This document shows positions 21,299-31,453 of a stretch of 64,000 nt of DNA, one piece after another. Within the stretch, counting starts at the first letter, position 1. Each line of letters starts with the position of its first letter. Source of the stretch: an uncultured Alphaproteobacteria bacterium. Its GTDB lineage: Bacteria; Pseudomonadota; Alphaproteobacteria; HIMB59; GCA-002718135. A program made the translations under genes and the position numbers. The stretch is from contig CACLJX010000008.1 in assembly GCA_902607435.1 (NCBI GenBank), positions 2,427 to 66,426 on the forward strand. The letters are read 5' to 3'. The notes beneath the pieces are model-generated. The model worked only from the letters and a program-made list of their open reading frames with translations. It did not search any database and had not been told where the DNA came from.

Positions 21299-22177
21299 CT
21301 AAAATTGGAATTTTGAACTCAAATAGGTTGGTGTAATGTTGTTTTTTATTAATTCATTGCTATCTGACTCCCATTTTGGATTAACTGTGTTAAAGTTTGA
21401 TCTATGAATTCCTGATGTAATTAACATGCTATCTATTTTAAATTCATTTGCCCCTTTAATATCATGATAAATTGAATCTCCAACAGCCAGAAATTTTGAT
21501 TTATCAATGCCTTGTATGTTCTTAGTTGCTTCTTGATAAATACAAATACTTGGTTTGCCCATTATGAAAACATTGCCACCAAAATCTCTGTAAAGCTCTG
21601 CTATTGTTCCCATACAAATATGCAAATCCTTAAATGATGAATTTATTGATTCAAAATCAGGATTCGCACAAATGAAAGGGATATTCTTTTTAATTGCCTT
21701 AACAAGTAATGGTACATAATCAAGAGTAGTAAGTCCCGGAGAAAGAGAACAACCCAAAATAAAATCAGCCTCCTCTATATTGTTAACAAAATTATAATCT
21801 AATCCATCAATATATTTTGAACCATCTTTTTGAGATTTATCAAAAAGAAAATAGCAATTAGTACCTAAAGTTTTAATAAATTCATGAGATTTAAGAAAAA
21901 GACTTTGCCATATCATCTCTCCACTAGTCATCACTTCAACAAAATGTTTTTTTTCAAAACCCAATTTTAACAATCTATTAGAGGTGATTTTTTTTCTTTT
22001 TGACGAATTTGAAATTATAATTAATTTTTTTTTAAATTCTATTAACTTGTTAACACAATCAATAGCATGAGGGTACCCAAATTTGCCGTCATGCATTACC
22101 CCCCATTGATCTAAAATAAATACATCATATTTATTAACTATTTCAGAAAAAAATTTTACATGGGGAACTAGTGTCAA
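21299..22177 (-). CDS. HAD-superfamily hydrolase, subfamily IIA (TIGR01459-like)
   Basis: LDQWGVMHDG, SNS, ANPD, GKP, VGDS..HDI.GA. Confidence 0.9.
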   Translation of the reverse strand: MTLVPHVKFFSEIVNKYDVFILDQWGVMHDGKFGYPHAIDCVNKLIEFKKKLIIISNSSKRKKITSNRLLKLGFEKKHFVEVMTSGEMIWQSLFLKSHEFIKTLGTNCYFLFDKSQKDGSKYIDGLDYNFVNNIEEADFILGCSLSPGLTTLDYVPLLVKAIKKNIPFICANPDFESINSSFKDLHICMGTIAELYRDFGGNVFIMGKPSICIYQEATKNIQGIDKSKFLAVGDSIYHDIKGANEFKIDSMLITSGIHRSNFNTVNPKWESDSNELIKNNITPTYLSSKFQF

Positions 22178-23235
22178 ACGTCTATACCAACAACTTCTTT
22201 AATATTGTTATAACCATCAGTATTTAAACATATTAAAATTTCTTTTTTAATTTTATTAATTATTTTTGGACCATTATATACCAAAGTTGTATACAATTGT
22301 ATCAATGAAGCTCCGGATTTAATTTTTTCATAACATTCAATGCCATTGCTTATTCCCCCTACTCCAATTAAAGGTATTTGACCATTAGTAAGATTGTACA
22401 TTTTTTTAAGCACAAGTGTAGACTTTAAAAATAATGGTTTACCACTCAAACCTCCAATCTCATTTTTTTTTGATGAAATAAGTGTACCAGGACGATCTAT
22501 TGTTGAATTTCCAATTATAAGACCATCAACTCCAAGAGCTAAACTCATTAATGCAATATCTCTTAGTTGCTCTTCGTCAATATCCGGTGCGATTTTAAAT
22601 AAAACCACTTTTGCTGCTAGATTTTCATGATTATTTCTAATTTTATTTAATGACTTAACCAAATTTTCTATTTGACCTCTTTTTTGTAAATCTCTTAAAC
22701 CGGGTGTGTTTGGTGATGAAATATTTATAGTTACATAATGTGCCAAAGGACCAAGTTTTTCTAGTCCATTACAATAATCTTCTACAATATTTATTGAATC
22801 TTTATTGCTACCAATATTAATTCCTACTACTCCTTTTGACAAAACATTTAAATTTAGTTTGTTTAATTTTTTTGCAACATATTCAATTCCTTGGTTATTA
22901 AATCCTAAATGATTAATTATAGCTTCATCTTCTGATAAACGAAAAACACGGGGCTTTTCATTACCTATTTGAGGTTTTGGAGTAACTGTTCCAGCCTCTA
23001 CAAATCCAAAACCCATATTAAGTAATGGCATAACAACTTCTGCATTTTTATCAAACCCAGCTGCTAGTCCAACTGGATTAAAAAAATCAAGTCCCCACAA
23101 ATGTTGATACAATTTTAAATCATCTTGATGTTTATTTTTTAAAAATTCTGGTTTTATTTTTAAAAGTTTTATACTTAAATCATGTGCTAGTTCTGGGGGA
23201 AGAATTTTAATAAAAAACAAGGGAAAATTAATCAT
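22174..23235 (-). CDS. pyrD: Dihydroorotate dehydrogenase (quinone), class 2
   Basis: GLAAGFDKNA, GTVTP.PQ.GN.KPRVFRL, NISSPNTPGLR, GGLSG. Confidence 0.97.
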   Translation of the reverse strand: MINFPLFFIKILPPELAHDLSIKLLKIKPEFLKNKHQDDLKLYQHLWGLDFFNPVGLAAGFDKNAEVVMPLLNMGFGFVEAGTVTPKPQIGNEKPRVFRLSEDEAIINHLGFNNQGIEYVAKKLNKLNLNVLSKGVVGINIGSNKDSINIVEDYCNGLEKLGPLAHYVTINISSPNTPGLRDLQKRGQIENLVKSLNKIRNNHENLAAKVVLFKIAPDIDEEQLRDIALMSLALGVDGLIIGNSTIDRPGTLISSKKNEIGGLSGKPLFLKSTLVLKKMYNLTNGQIPLIGVGGISNGIECYEKIKSGASLIQLYTTLVYNGPKIINKIKKEILICLNTDGYNNIKEVVGIDV

Positions 23236-23243
23236 AGTACATA

Positions 23244-24845
23244 TTAATTAAATAAATTTTTTCCTTTCAAAACTTTTTCGAGCAATAGACATGTATTATT
23301 TTTTCCATAGAGTTTCACAAAAGAACCCAATCTTGGTCCTTGTTCTTGGCCTAATAAAACTTGATAAATTAATTTAAAAAAATTTCTTAAATTGGAAAAA
23401 TGATGTTTTTTTCCTATTTCGTAAATTTCTGACTGAATCTGCTCAGAAGTTGATGTTTCTTTCATATTTTTTAATAAATTAAGCAAATCTTGAAATATAT
23501 GTTTATTTTCATTATTTACCAAAAGATATTTTTTTTTCGGAATAACAAAATCAATGTAATAATTGATGGCATGATCAATTAAATTATCAAGTATTGGAGA
23601 ATTATTAGGTTTGAGTGACTTGTCATATTCTTTAAGAAATCCCCAAATAACTTTTTTATCTGTTGAATTACAAATATTAACAAGATTCATTAAAGAATTA
23701 AAGTTTATTTCACTCTCAGGTTTAGGGGGAATTCCTTTATGAATATGCCAAATAGGATTATTATATTTATTAGGCAACTCTTCTAAAGAAATTTTACTAA
23801 GAAAAGATAAATATTCATCAACACTTTTAGGAATGACATCAAAAAAAAGTTTTCTTGCAGATTTAGGTTTTTGAAACATAAATAAGGATAAACTTTCTTG
23901 TGAAGCATATCTTAACCATTCATCAACACTGATACCATTGCCTATTGACTTTGATATTTTTTCTCCATTTTCATCTAAAAACATTTCATATATTAGATTA
24001 ATTGGTGGTTTTGCTTTCATAATTTGACAAATTTTAGATGCAAGATCAACACTCTCGGTTAAATCTTTACCACACATTTCGTAATCAACCTCAAGTGCTA
24101 TCCATCTCATAGCCCAATCTACTTTCCATTGAAGTTTGCAATTACCCTTAGTTATTTCAACTTCAGTTTTTTTGTTATTAGATGGATCAGTAAAAACAAT
24201 AGAATTTGAAGTTGGTCGATATTCATCTATTTTCACCTGTAATACATCTCCCGTAAGTGGACTTATTGGCAAAAAAGGACTGTAAGTTTGTTGTCTCTCA
24301 CTTCGTAAAGTCGGTTTAACAACTAAGTTAATTTTTTCATAATTTTCTAATATTTTTTTAAGAATCATATCAAAACTTCCAGATTTATATTTTTCAGTTG
24401 AACTTATAAATTCATAATTAAAATTAAATTTATCTAAAAATGATCTTAATTTTGCATTATTGTGATCACCAAAACTTTCAAATTTTTCAAAAGGGTCAGG
24501 AACTGATGTTAAAGGTTTTCCAAGATATTGTTGAAGCATTTTTTTATTAGGAACATTCTCTGGAATTTTTCTTAAACCATCCATATCATCAGAAAAGGTT
24601 ATTAACTTTGTCTTACAGTGTATTAAAGAGTTAAATGCGTGTTGAACCATTGTAGTTCTTAACACTTCTGCAAAGGTACCTATATGAGGAAGCCCGGAAG
24701 GACCGTAACCGGTTTCAAAAATTACATATTCTTTTTTTGGTTTTCGGAAATTTTCAAAACCACCAAATTTATTAATAATTTTAATTGCTTCTATAAAAGG
24801 CCATGCTTTCAAATCTTCATAAAATTTTTCATTAATTACACTCAT
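23244..24845 (-). CDS. lysS: Lysyl-tRNA synthetase, class I
   Basis: ETGYGPSGLPHIGT (HIGH-like), KISKS (KMSKS-like), GPRLGSF. Confidence 0.96.
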   Translation of the reverse strand: MSVINEKFYEDLKAWPFIEAIKIINKFGGFENFRKPKKEYVIFETGYGPSGLPHIGTFAEVLRTTMVQHAFNSLIHCKTKLITFSDDMDGLRKIPENVPNKKMLQQYLGKPLTSVPDPFEKFESFGDHNNAKLRSFLDKFNFNYEFISSTEKYKSGSFDMILKKILENYEKINLVVKPTLRSERQQTYSPFLPISPLTGDVLQVKIDEYRPTSNSIVFTDPSNNKKTEVEITKGNCKLQWKVDWAMRWIALEVDYEMCGKDLTESVDLASKICQIMKAKPPINLIYEMFLDENGEKISKSIGNGISVDEWLRYASQESLSLFMFQKPKSARKLFFDVIPKSVDEYLSFLSKISLEELPNKYNNPIWHIHKGIPPKPESEINFNSLMNLVNICNSTDKKVIWGFLKEYDKSLKPNNSPILDNLIDHAINYYIDFVIPKKKYLLVNNENKHIFQDLLNLLKNMKETSTSEQIQSEIYEIGKKHHFSNLRNFFKLIYQVLLGQEQGPRLGSFVKLYGKNNTCLLLEKVLKGKNLFN

Positions 24846-24852
24846 AAATCCT

Positions 24853-25311
24853 TCAATTTTTATCTACTTTAATTCTTAATTTTTTTCCTAAAATTAATTT
24901 TAATAAATTTATAAAATATGGTTTTGCATTATCTAGTTTATCAAAAATTCTCTTTTCTTCTAAATCTATTATAGGTTGAATTTCTTTATATAGTTTCTTC
25001 CCTATGCTTAACACTTCTATTGTTTTTTTTCTATTATCTATATTCATTGTTCGTTTTATTAAATTCTTGCTTTCAAGTAATTTCAAAACAACACTAACTA
25101 CACTTACGTTAATACTAGCAAAAATAGATACGATATTTTGATTCAATAATATTGAATTTTTTTGTAATTCTATAATAGACTCTAATATCAAGTATTCATT
25201 AAGAGTTAATTTATAGATTTTAAGTATATGCCTTAGTTTATTTTGCCAAAGGTTAGAGACTTGCCAAACTAAAAGTCCAATTTTTTTCTCAGATAGAGAA
25301 GTGTCTGCCAT
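24853..25311 (-). CDS. MarR family transcriptional regulator
   Basis: GLL.WQVSNLWQ...LT..EY.IL, winged helix LE.K.LI.R...D.R.K. Confidence 0.85.
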   Translation of the reverse strand: MADTSLSEKKIGLLVWQVSNLWQNKLRHILKIYKLTLNEYLILESIIELQKNSILLNQNIVSIFASINVSVVSVVLKLLESKNLIKRTMNIDNRKKTIEVLSIGKKLYKEIQPIIDLEEKRIFDKLDNAKPYFINLLKLILGKKLRIKVDKN

Positions 25312-25317
25312 TTATTA

Positions 25318-25358
25318 TGTATACAAACTATTTGTATACAAATTAAATAATTTGTCAA
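25318..25358 (-). promoter_or_regulatory. Promoter and inverted-repeat operator upstream of the MarR gene
   Basis: TGTATACAAA-cta-TTTGTATACA (25318-25340), a perfect 10-bp inverted repeat; consensus TTGACA on the minus strand at 25353-25358. Confidence 0.7.
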
Positions 25359-25361
25359 ATA

Positions 25362-25673
25362 TTATTCTGGTGCTAAAGTAAGATTAATTCCTTCATATTT
25401 ATCCTCATACTCAATTTGGCAACCCAAACGGGAAGTTTTTAAGATATGAAATGTTTGATCAAGCATTGCTTCTTCATCGCCTTCTTTAATAGGAAGCATA
25501 TCAAACCAATTATGATCTATATAAATGTGACATGTGGCACAGGCACAACAACCACCGCAGGCTGCTTCAATATCTAATCCTGCATCTCTAATTATTTCCA
25601 TAAATGTTGAACCTTTCTGAGCATCTAATTTATGGGTTTTCCCATCTCTATCATTAACAAAGATACTTCCCAT
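25362..25673 (-). CDS. 2Fe-2S ferredoxin (adrenodoxin type)
   Basis: CGGCCACATCH and SRLGCQ. Confidence 0.95.
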   Translation of the reverse strand: MGSIFVNDRDGKTHKLDAQKGSTFMEIIRDAGLDIEAACGGCCACATCHIYIDHNWFDMLPIKEGDEEAMLDQTFHILKTSRLGCQIEYEDKYEGINLTLAPE

Positions 25674-26686
25674 TATACACCAATCTTTTTCCTTAAATCC
25701 TTAGATACTGTTGTATATTTAAAAACTAATTTTTTATCTGGATTGCAATACCTAAAACATTGTTGAGCCATTAAAGCAGCTTCATGAAATCCTGAAAGAA
25801 TAAGTTTTAATTTTCCTGGATATGAATTGATGTCACCTATTGCAAAAATAGAAGGTATTGAAGTTTCAAATTTTTCTGTGTCAACTTTTATTAAGTTTTC
25901 ATTTAAATTAAGTCCCCACTCAGCAACAGGTCCTAGCTCCATTTTTAAACCATAAAATGGCAATAAATAATCAGTTTGAATTAAGTGTGTTTGATCTTCG
26001 GTTTTATATTCAATATTTCTGATTTTCCCATTTTCACCCTCAATTGAAGATAATTGACCTACTAAAAATTTAAGTTTATTTTGTTTTTCTAAATTAAGCA
26101 TTTTTAAAACAGAATCTGGCGCTGCTCGGAATTCTTTTCGTCTGTGTAACAAAGTAACATCAGCTATAGCTGCTAAATTAATTGTCCAGTCTAAGGCAGA
26201 ATCTCCACCTCCCACTATCAGAATTTTTTTTCCTTTCATTATAGAAATATCTTTTACTGCATAAAAAACACTTTTGTTTTCATACAGATCTATATTATTA
26301 ATAGGTGGCTTCCTTGGAACAAAACTACCTGCGCCTGAAGCAATAACAATGCATTTACCAATAATTATATTGCCTTCAGATGTTGTTATTTTCCATTTCT
26401 TGTCTTCGGTTTTTTCAACTACTTCTGCTTGTTGATTTAAATGAAAAACAGGATCAAAAATTTTAGCTTGCTTAAGCAAATTATCCGTTAAATCTTGAGC
26501 TGTAATGCTAATTCTTGAAGGAATATCTAAAATAGGTTTTTCAGGATATAATTCTGCACATTGTCCTCCTACTTTATCTAAATTATCTATAAGATGACAT
26601 TTTAGATTCAATAAACCTAATTCGAATATTGCAAAAAGACCCACAGGTCCTGCTCCAATAATCACAACATCTGTTTTATGTTCCAT
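25673..26686 (-). CDS. Ferredoxin-NADP+ reductase, thioredoxin-reductase fold
   Basis: GAGPVG, GGQC.ELYPEKPI.D, GGGDSALDW, YPGKLKLILSGFHEA; no CxxC; coupled to the ferredoxin gene. Confidence 0.92.
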   Translation of the reverse strand: MEHKTDVVIIGAGPVGLFAIFELGLLNLKCHLIDNLDKVGGQCAELYPEKPILDIPSRISITAQDLTDNLLKQAKIFDPVFHLNQQAEVVEKTEDKKWKITTSEGNIIIGKCIVIASGAGSFVPRKPPINNIDLYENKSVFYAVKDISIMKGKKILIVGGGDSALDWTINLAAIADVTLLHRRKEFRAAPDSVLKMLNLEKQNKLKFLVGQLSSIEGENGKIRNIEYKTEDQTHLIQTDYLLPFYGLKMELGPVAEWGLNLNENLIKVDTEKFETSIPSIFAIGDINSYPGKLKLILSGFHEAALMAQQCFRYCNPDKKLVFKYTTVSKDLRKKIGV

Positions 26687-26809
26687 GAATTTACAAATCT
26701 TTAATAAAAATGTTTAGATAAACGAACTGCGTCAAAAATACCATTGATAAATTAATAAATTCAAAAATAAGAACTTAAATTATAATTTATAATCATTATA
26801 TAGTATTTT

Positions 26810-27841
26810 ATGACTATAGTTTCAAAAAAAACAAATAATAGAATGGGTATTTTGGTTTGGTTAATATCTCTTACAGTATTTATTTTAATTATGATTATCA
26901 TTGGTGGTCTTACAAGATTAACTGAATCAGGTTTATCTATGGTTGACTGGAGACCAATAATGGGAACTATTCCTCCCCTATCTTATTCATCATGGATTGA
27001 AGTTTTTGAAAAATATAAATTAAGTCCGGAATTCAAAATTGTTAATTCATCAATAACCCTAGATGAGTTTAAGCAAATTTTTTGGTGGGAATGGTTGCAT
27101 CGTTTTTTTGCAAGATGTTTGGGTATTGTTTTTATCTTACCTTTTATTTATTTCTATTTAAAAAAAAAACTAGATAACTATTTAAGTTTTACTTTAATTA
27201 TTGTTTTTATTTTTGGCTTGATACAAGCAATTATTGGTTGGTGGATGGTTAAAAGTGGTCTAGTTGATAATCCTTATGTAAGCGCTTATAGGTTAACTAT
27301 CCATCTAGGTATTGCTTTGGTAATTTTTAGCATCCTTTTATGGCTTTCATTAACTTACTATTATGGAAAAGAAAAAATCTACAATAGACCAAAATTTATC
27401 AAAAATTTATTTCATATATCATTAATGTTAATTTTTTTAACGATTATTTCTGGTGGTTTTATGGCTGGCACAGACTCTGGAAAATCTTTTAATACTTTTC
27501 CATTGATGAATGAACAATTTTTCCCAGATGATTATTTTTTAAATGAATACGGTTGGAAAAATATTTTTGAAAATACTATTGCAATAAACTTCAATCATAG
27601 ATGGTTAGCAATCTTTACTTTTATATTTATTTCCTCTTTGACATTGTATTTAGTGAAAAAAGATAATTATAATAAATTTTCTCTATTTTTAGTTTTATCT
27701 TTATTATTGATACAAATTTTTTTAGGTATATTGACTTTAATTTACTCCGTACCACTTAATTTAGCTATTCTTCATCAAATTAATGCCACATTATTACTTG
27801 CTTCAATGATATTTGCCTATCATAGGTTAATATATAAATAG
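26810..27841 (+). CDS. ctaA: Heme A synthase (COX15/CtaA type 2)
   Basis: GGLTRLTESGLS..W, EW.HR, GWWMVKSGL, RL..HL, NTFPLM, HQ. Confidence 0.95.
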   Translation: MTIVSKKTNNRMGILVWLISLTVFILIMIIIGGLTRLTESGLSMVDWRPIMGTIPPLSYSSWIEVFEKYKLSPEFKIVNSSITLDEFKQIFWWEWLHRFFARCLGIVFILPFIYFYLKKKLDNYLSFTLIIVFIFGLIQAIIGWWMVKSGLVDNPYVSAYRLTIHLGIALVIFSILLWLSLTYYYGKEKIYNRPKFIKNLFHISLMLIFLTIISGGFMAGTDSGKSFNTFPLMNEQFFPDDYFLNEYGWKNIFENTIAINFNHRWLAIFTFIFISSLTLYLVKKDNYNKFSLFLVLSLLLIQIFLGILTLIYSVPLNLAILHQINATLLLASMIFAYHRLIYK

Positions 27842-27909
27842 ATTGATAAGAGAAAATTATTTATATAAATGAGGATTTAAATTTTTCTTTAACACTAATT
27901 TAGTTAAAT

Positions 27910-28587
27910 ATGCGAATATTAACAATTTTTTTATATATATTTACTTTTTTATTTGTAACTTCAGTTCAGGGTTTTCCAATTCCAAAAAATAATAAAGTTG
28001 TTTTTGATGTAATTCGGAAAAATAAAGTAATTGGATCACACGAAATTTTATTTTCAGAAAAAAATGGATACATACATATAGAAACAAATATAGATGTAGA
28101 AGTAAAAATTTTTTTTGTAACTGCTTACGAATTTTTCCATCAATCTACTGAAGTTTGGAAAGATGGAAATTTTATAAAAATAAATGGATATTCTGACTTT
28201 GAAGATGAAAGAGAGTATTTTATTAAAGGAGAGATTAAAGATGATTTCTTTTTTGCAAGTGGTATGGATGGTGAACTTAAATTGGATAAAAATCTAATTC
28301 CCTCAAATTTCTGGAATCAAGATGTAATGTATCAAAAACAAATTTTTGACACCCAAAAGGGCATTGTTCGGAAATTAGATGTTAAGGAAATTGGCGCAGA
28401 TACAATTGAAATTAACAATATAAAAGTTGATTGTATTAAATTTACTCTTAATGCAGAAAAACATCAAAAAGATAAAAAACAGTTTCCAGAATACACTCTT
28501 TGGTATTCAAAAAATAAAGAATTAATGAAATTTAAGTTTAAAAGCACGAAAGACGATAAAATTATTCAAATAATAAGAAAGCAATAA
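27910..28587 (+). CDS. Exported beta-rich hypothetical protein (DUF6134-like)
   Basis: Signal peptide; FDV.R....IG.H, E.W..G, PS..W pattern. Confidence 0.7.
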   Translation: MRILTIFLYIFTFLFVTSVQGFPIPKNNKVVFDVIRKNKVIGSHEILFSEKNGYIHIETNIDVEVKIFFVTAYEFFHQSTEVWKDGNFIKINGYSDFEDEREYFIKGEIKDDFFFASGMDGELKLDKNLIPSNFWNQDVMYQKQIFDTQKGIVRKLDVKEIGADTIEINNIKVDCIKFTLNAEKHQKDKKQFPEYTLWYSKNKELMKFKFKSTKDDKIIQIIRKQ

Positions 28588-28603
28588 TAAATATTATTAA
28601 AAA

Positions 28604-29686
28604 TTATATTTCTCCAATATAAATGTTAAGAGCTTTAGCTACTTTTATTAAGGGATCATTAATATTAATAGTTTTAGAGAAACCTGCTATTGTATTTAAA
28701 TCTACATCAGTTACTCCTCTATTTTGCCATACAACTACTCGATCAAATTTATTTTGAGCAATTAAATCTACGGCATGGACACCAAAAGCACTAGCTATCA
28801 ACCTATCCCTATGGCTTGGTTGAGCACCACGCTGAACATGGCCCAAAACTGTCACCCTGGTTTCAGCTTCAGCAAGTTTATAAATTTTATCTCCGATGTA
28901 TGCTCCTATCCCTCCTAATCTTACTTGCCCATCAATATATTTTATAAAAGCTTTAGAACCATTTTCTTTTCTTACTGATTCAGCAACTACGATCAAAGCA
29001 TGATTTCTTCCATCTTTTCGAATTTTTTCAATGTGTTTTGCAATAGATTTGAGAGAATATTTTATTTCAGGAATCAATATAACATCTGCTCCTCCAGCAA
29101 TGCCTGCATTTAAAGCAATATGACCTGCATCCCTACCCATAACTTCTAATATCATTGCTCTTTTATGACTAGCAGCTGTAGGTTGTAACATATCTAAGGC
29201 ATGTGTGACTACATCAACTGCAGTATCATAGCCAATAGATAATTCGTTATTCATTACATCATTATCAATTGTTTTTGGGATACCTACAAATTTTATTTTA
29301 CCTTTTTTTGTAAGAGCTTTAAGTATTTTCATACTTCCATCTCCTCCTACACCAATTAAGGCATCCAATTGCAATTTGTTAAACCCTCGAATAATTCTGT
29401 CTGACATATCAACTAAAGTTCCATCTTTTTGTCGATACTTGAATGGATTACCTTTATTATTTGAGCCTAAAAATGTACCACCCATTCTCATTAAGTTTCC
29501 ATCAAAATTGTTAAGTTTTAATTCAATAACATCAAGAGGGTCACTCATTAGACCAAGAGTTCCATCCTTTATTCCATAAACTTGCCAACCATGTTCATTA
29601 ATCGCACTGAAAGTAACTGCTCTAATAACAGCATTTAAACCTCCGCAGTCTCCACCACTTGTCAATATTCCTATTTTTTTTATCAC
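28604..29686 (-). CDS. pfkA: 6-phosphofructokinase, probably ATP-dependent (GTG start)
   Basis: TSGGDC.GLN, GGT.LG, GGDGS, PKTIDND, EVMGR.AG, LGHVQRG. Confidence 0.93.
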   Translation of the reverse strand: MIKKIGILTSGGDCGGLNAVIRAVTFSAINEHGWQVYGIKDGTLGLMSDPLDVIELKLNNFDGNLMRMGGTFLGSNNKGNPFKYRQKDGTLVDMSDRIIRGFNKLQLDALIGVGGDGSMKILKALTKKGKIKFVGIPKTIDNDVMNNELSIGYDTAVDVVTHALDMLQPTAASHKRAMILEVMGRDAGHIALNAGIAGGADVILIPEIKYSLKSIAKHIEKIRKDGRNHALIVVAESVRKENGSKAFIKYIDGQVRLGGIGAYIGDKIYKLAEAETRVTVLGHVQRGAQPSHRDRLIASAFGVHAVDLIAQNKFDRVVVWQNRGVTDVDLNTIAGFSKTININDPLIKVAKALNIYIGEI

Positions 29687-29765
29687 AAACTACTACTATA
29701 CTAAATCATATTAAGAAAAAAAAGATGATATTAGTTTATCAAAGAGTTTATATTACATTTCTATT

Positions 29766-29969
29766 ATGAATGTTGAAAAAAAAGAATTAATTGAACAATT
29801 GTTAATACTTGAACAAGAACATAGAGATCTTGATGAAATATTACAGAGGATACAAGAAGGCAAAACTGTTAATTTATTACAAATACAAAGGTTAAAAAAA
29901 CGTAAATTAGGTCTAAAAGATAAAATAGCTAATATAAAAGATAAAATTGAACCTGATATTATTGCTTAA
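29766..29969 (+). CDS. DUF465 / YdcH family protein
   Basis: EHRDLD...RLKKRKL.LKD.I...PDIIA. Confidence 0.9.
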   Translation: MNVEKKELIEQLLILEQEHRDLDEILQRIQEGKTVNLLQIQRLKKRKLGLKDKIANIKDKIEPDIIA

Positions 29970-30603
29970 ATTCCTTAGCTAAATTAAAAAAATTTGGTAA
30001 AAAAATAGAAGCTTTATTGAGCTTTTTCTTAATTTTCGGAATTATAGAAACTTTTTCTAGTTGTTTATTTAAAAAATTTTTTGTTTGATTAAAGTCTTTA
30101 TCATTATTTAACCAATAAAAAATTGTTGAACTATAAATTAATGCTAAAATTGCTCTTTTAGTATAAAAATTAAAATCAGTAGATTTATCTCCTGCAATAA
30201 ACCAAATTTGATCTACAATATTATAAAGAGATAAAGTTGCTATTTTAGAATGTTGAGGAAGCATTAATGTAAACATAGTTTTTTTTAGTAATTTTTTGTC
30301 TTTCTTATTCATTTTTAATCTTAATAAAATTATTTCCTTAACTCGTTCATGTGTTTTCATTCTACTTAAATTAATTTTTTGGCTTGCCTTAGTCATTCTA
30401 TCATTCAAAATTGAGAGATAAAATTCAAGAATTGATTTATATCCTTTAGGAAATAGAGCTAATATTACTTCTCTTCTAAATTTATTTTTGCTGACAATAA
30501 AATCAACGATATTATCGTTCCATCCATTTAAAATAATATGTTCTTTTGCTACACTTACAATATCTATGCGAATGTTATTTAATTTATTTTCTTTCTTTTT
30601 CAT
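29959..30603 (-). CDS. COQ9 family ubiquinone biosynthesis protein
   Basis: GW, LFP.G, VD.IW..AGD.STDFNFYTKRA.L. Confidence 0.92.
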   Translation of the reverse strand: MKKKENKLNNIRIDIVSVAKEHIILNGWNDNIVDFIVSKNKFRREVILALFPKGYKSILEFYLSILNDRMTKASQKINLSRMKTHERVKEIILLRLKMNKKDKKLLKKTMFTLMLPQHSKIATLSLYNIVDQIWFIAGDKSTDFNFYTKRAILALIYSSTIFYWLNNDKDFNQTKNFLNKQLEKVSIIPKIKKKLNKASIFLPNFFNLAKEFKQ

Positions 30604-31123
30604 TTTTCCAATAATCTTCTATTTCATTAACAAAGCCAAAAGCCCTACTATCTACAAGCCTATGTATATAAAGAATACCCATTAAATGATCAACCTCATG
30701 TTGCACTATCCTAGCATGTAGTCCTTCTGCTTCTTTTTTTATTAAATTGCCATTCATATCATGCCCTTTATAAGTAATTTTAGAAGATCTTTTTACTAAT
30801 CCAGTCATACCCGGAATAGACAAGCATCCTTCCCACTGATCTTCTGTTGCTTTTGAAATTTTTGTTATTTTTGGATTAATCAAAGCTGTAATTTCTATTG
30901 TACTATTTTTATTCTTTACTGCTTCTTCAGGCACTCTAAATATAATAATTTTTTTACTAACATGAACCTGAGGAGCTGCTAAACCGATTCCTTTAGCATC
31001 AAGCATTGTTTCTGTCATATCTTTAATAAGTTTCTTAATTGATGGATGAGGAATTTTTTTAACAATTGATGTTCTTTTTTGTAAGATGGGGTGCCCTAAT
31101 CTTGCTATTTTTAAAATAGACAT
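30584..31123 (-). CDS. def: Peptide deformylase
   Basis: GIGLAAPQ, EGCLS, QHEVDHL. Confidence 0.97.
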   Translation of the reverse strand: MSILKIARLGHPILQKRTSIVKKIPHPSIKKLIKDMTETMLDAKGIGLAAPQVHVSKKIIIFRVPEEAVKNKNSTIEITALINPKITKISKATEDQWEGCLSIPGMTGLVKRSSKITYKGHDMNGNLIKKEAEGLHARIVQHEVDHLMGILYIHRLVDSRAFGFVNEIEDYWKNEKERK

Positions 31124-31243
31124 AATAGTATTATATAAATCTCTATCATGTATTTCAAATAATTAAATAATCAATAAAAACAATTAGAACATTTGCTTTA
31201 TTAATTGCTTTATGTTAGTCCGATTAACGCAAAAGGAATAAAA

Positions 31244-31438
31244 TTGACAATACAAGTAACAGTTAAAGATAATAATATTGAACAAGCTCTCAGAAGCTTA
31301 AAAAAGAAAATGCAACGAGAGGGTCTTTACAAAGAAATGAAGCTCAGAAAACATTATGAAAAACCTTCTCTTCGCAAAGCAAGAGAAAAAGAAGAATCTA
31401 TAAGAAGAGTAAGAAAACTTAAAAGAAATAACGATTAA
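31244..31438 (+). CDS. rpsU: 30S ribosomal protein S21 (likely TTG start at 31244)
   Basis: [24 protein letters not shown]...YEKPS; AAGGA SD 6 nt upstream. Confidence 0.95.
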   Translation: MTIQVTVKDNNIEQALRSLKKKMQREGLYKEMKLRKHYEKPSLRKAREKEESIRRVRKLKRNND

Positions 31439-31453
31439 TTAAAATATTTATTT

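Noticed and set aside
22287-22296. Second TTGTATACAA palindrome
   Set aside because: Single copy inside the pyrD coding sequence; likely chance.
31114-31140. dif-like sequence (GACATAATAGTATTATATAAAT)
   Set aside because: Spacer length and XerD arm deviate from consensus; it overlaps the def start; expected by chance in AT-rich DNA.
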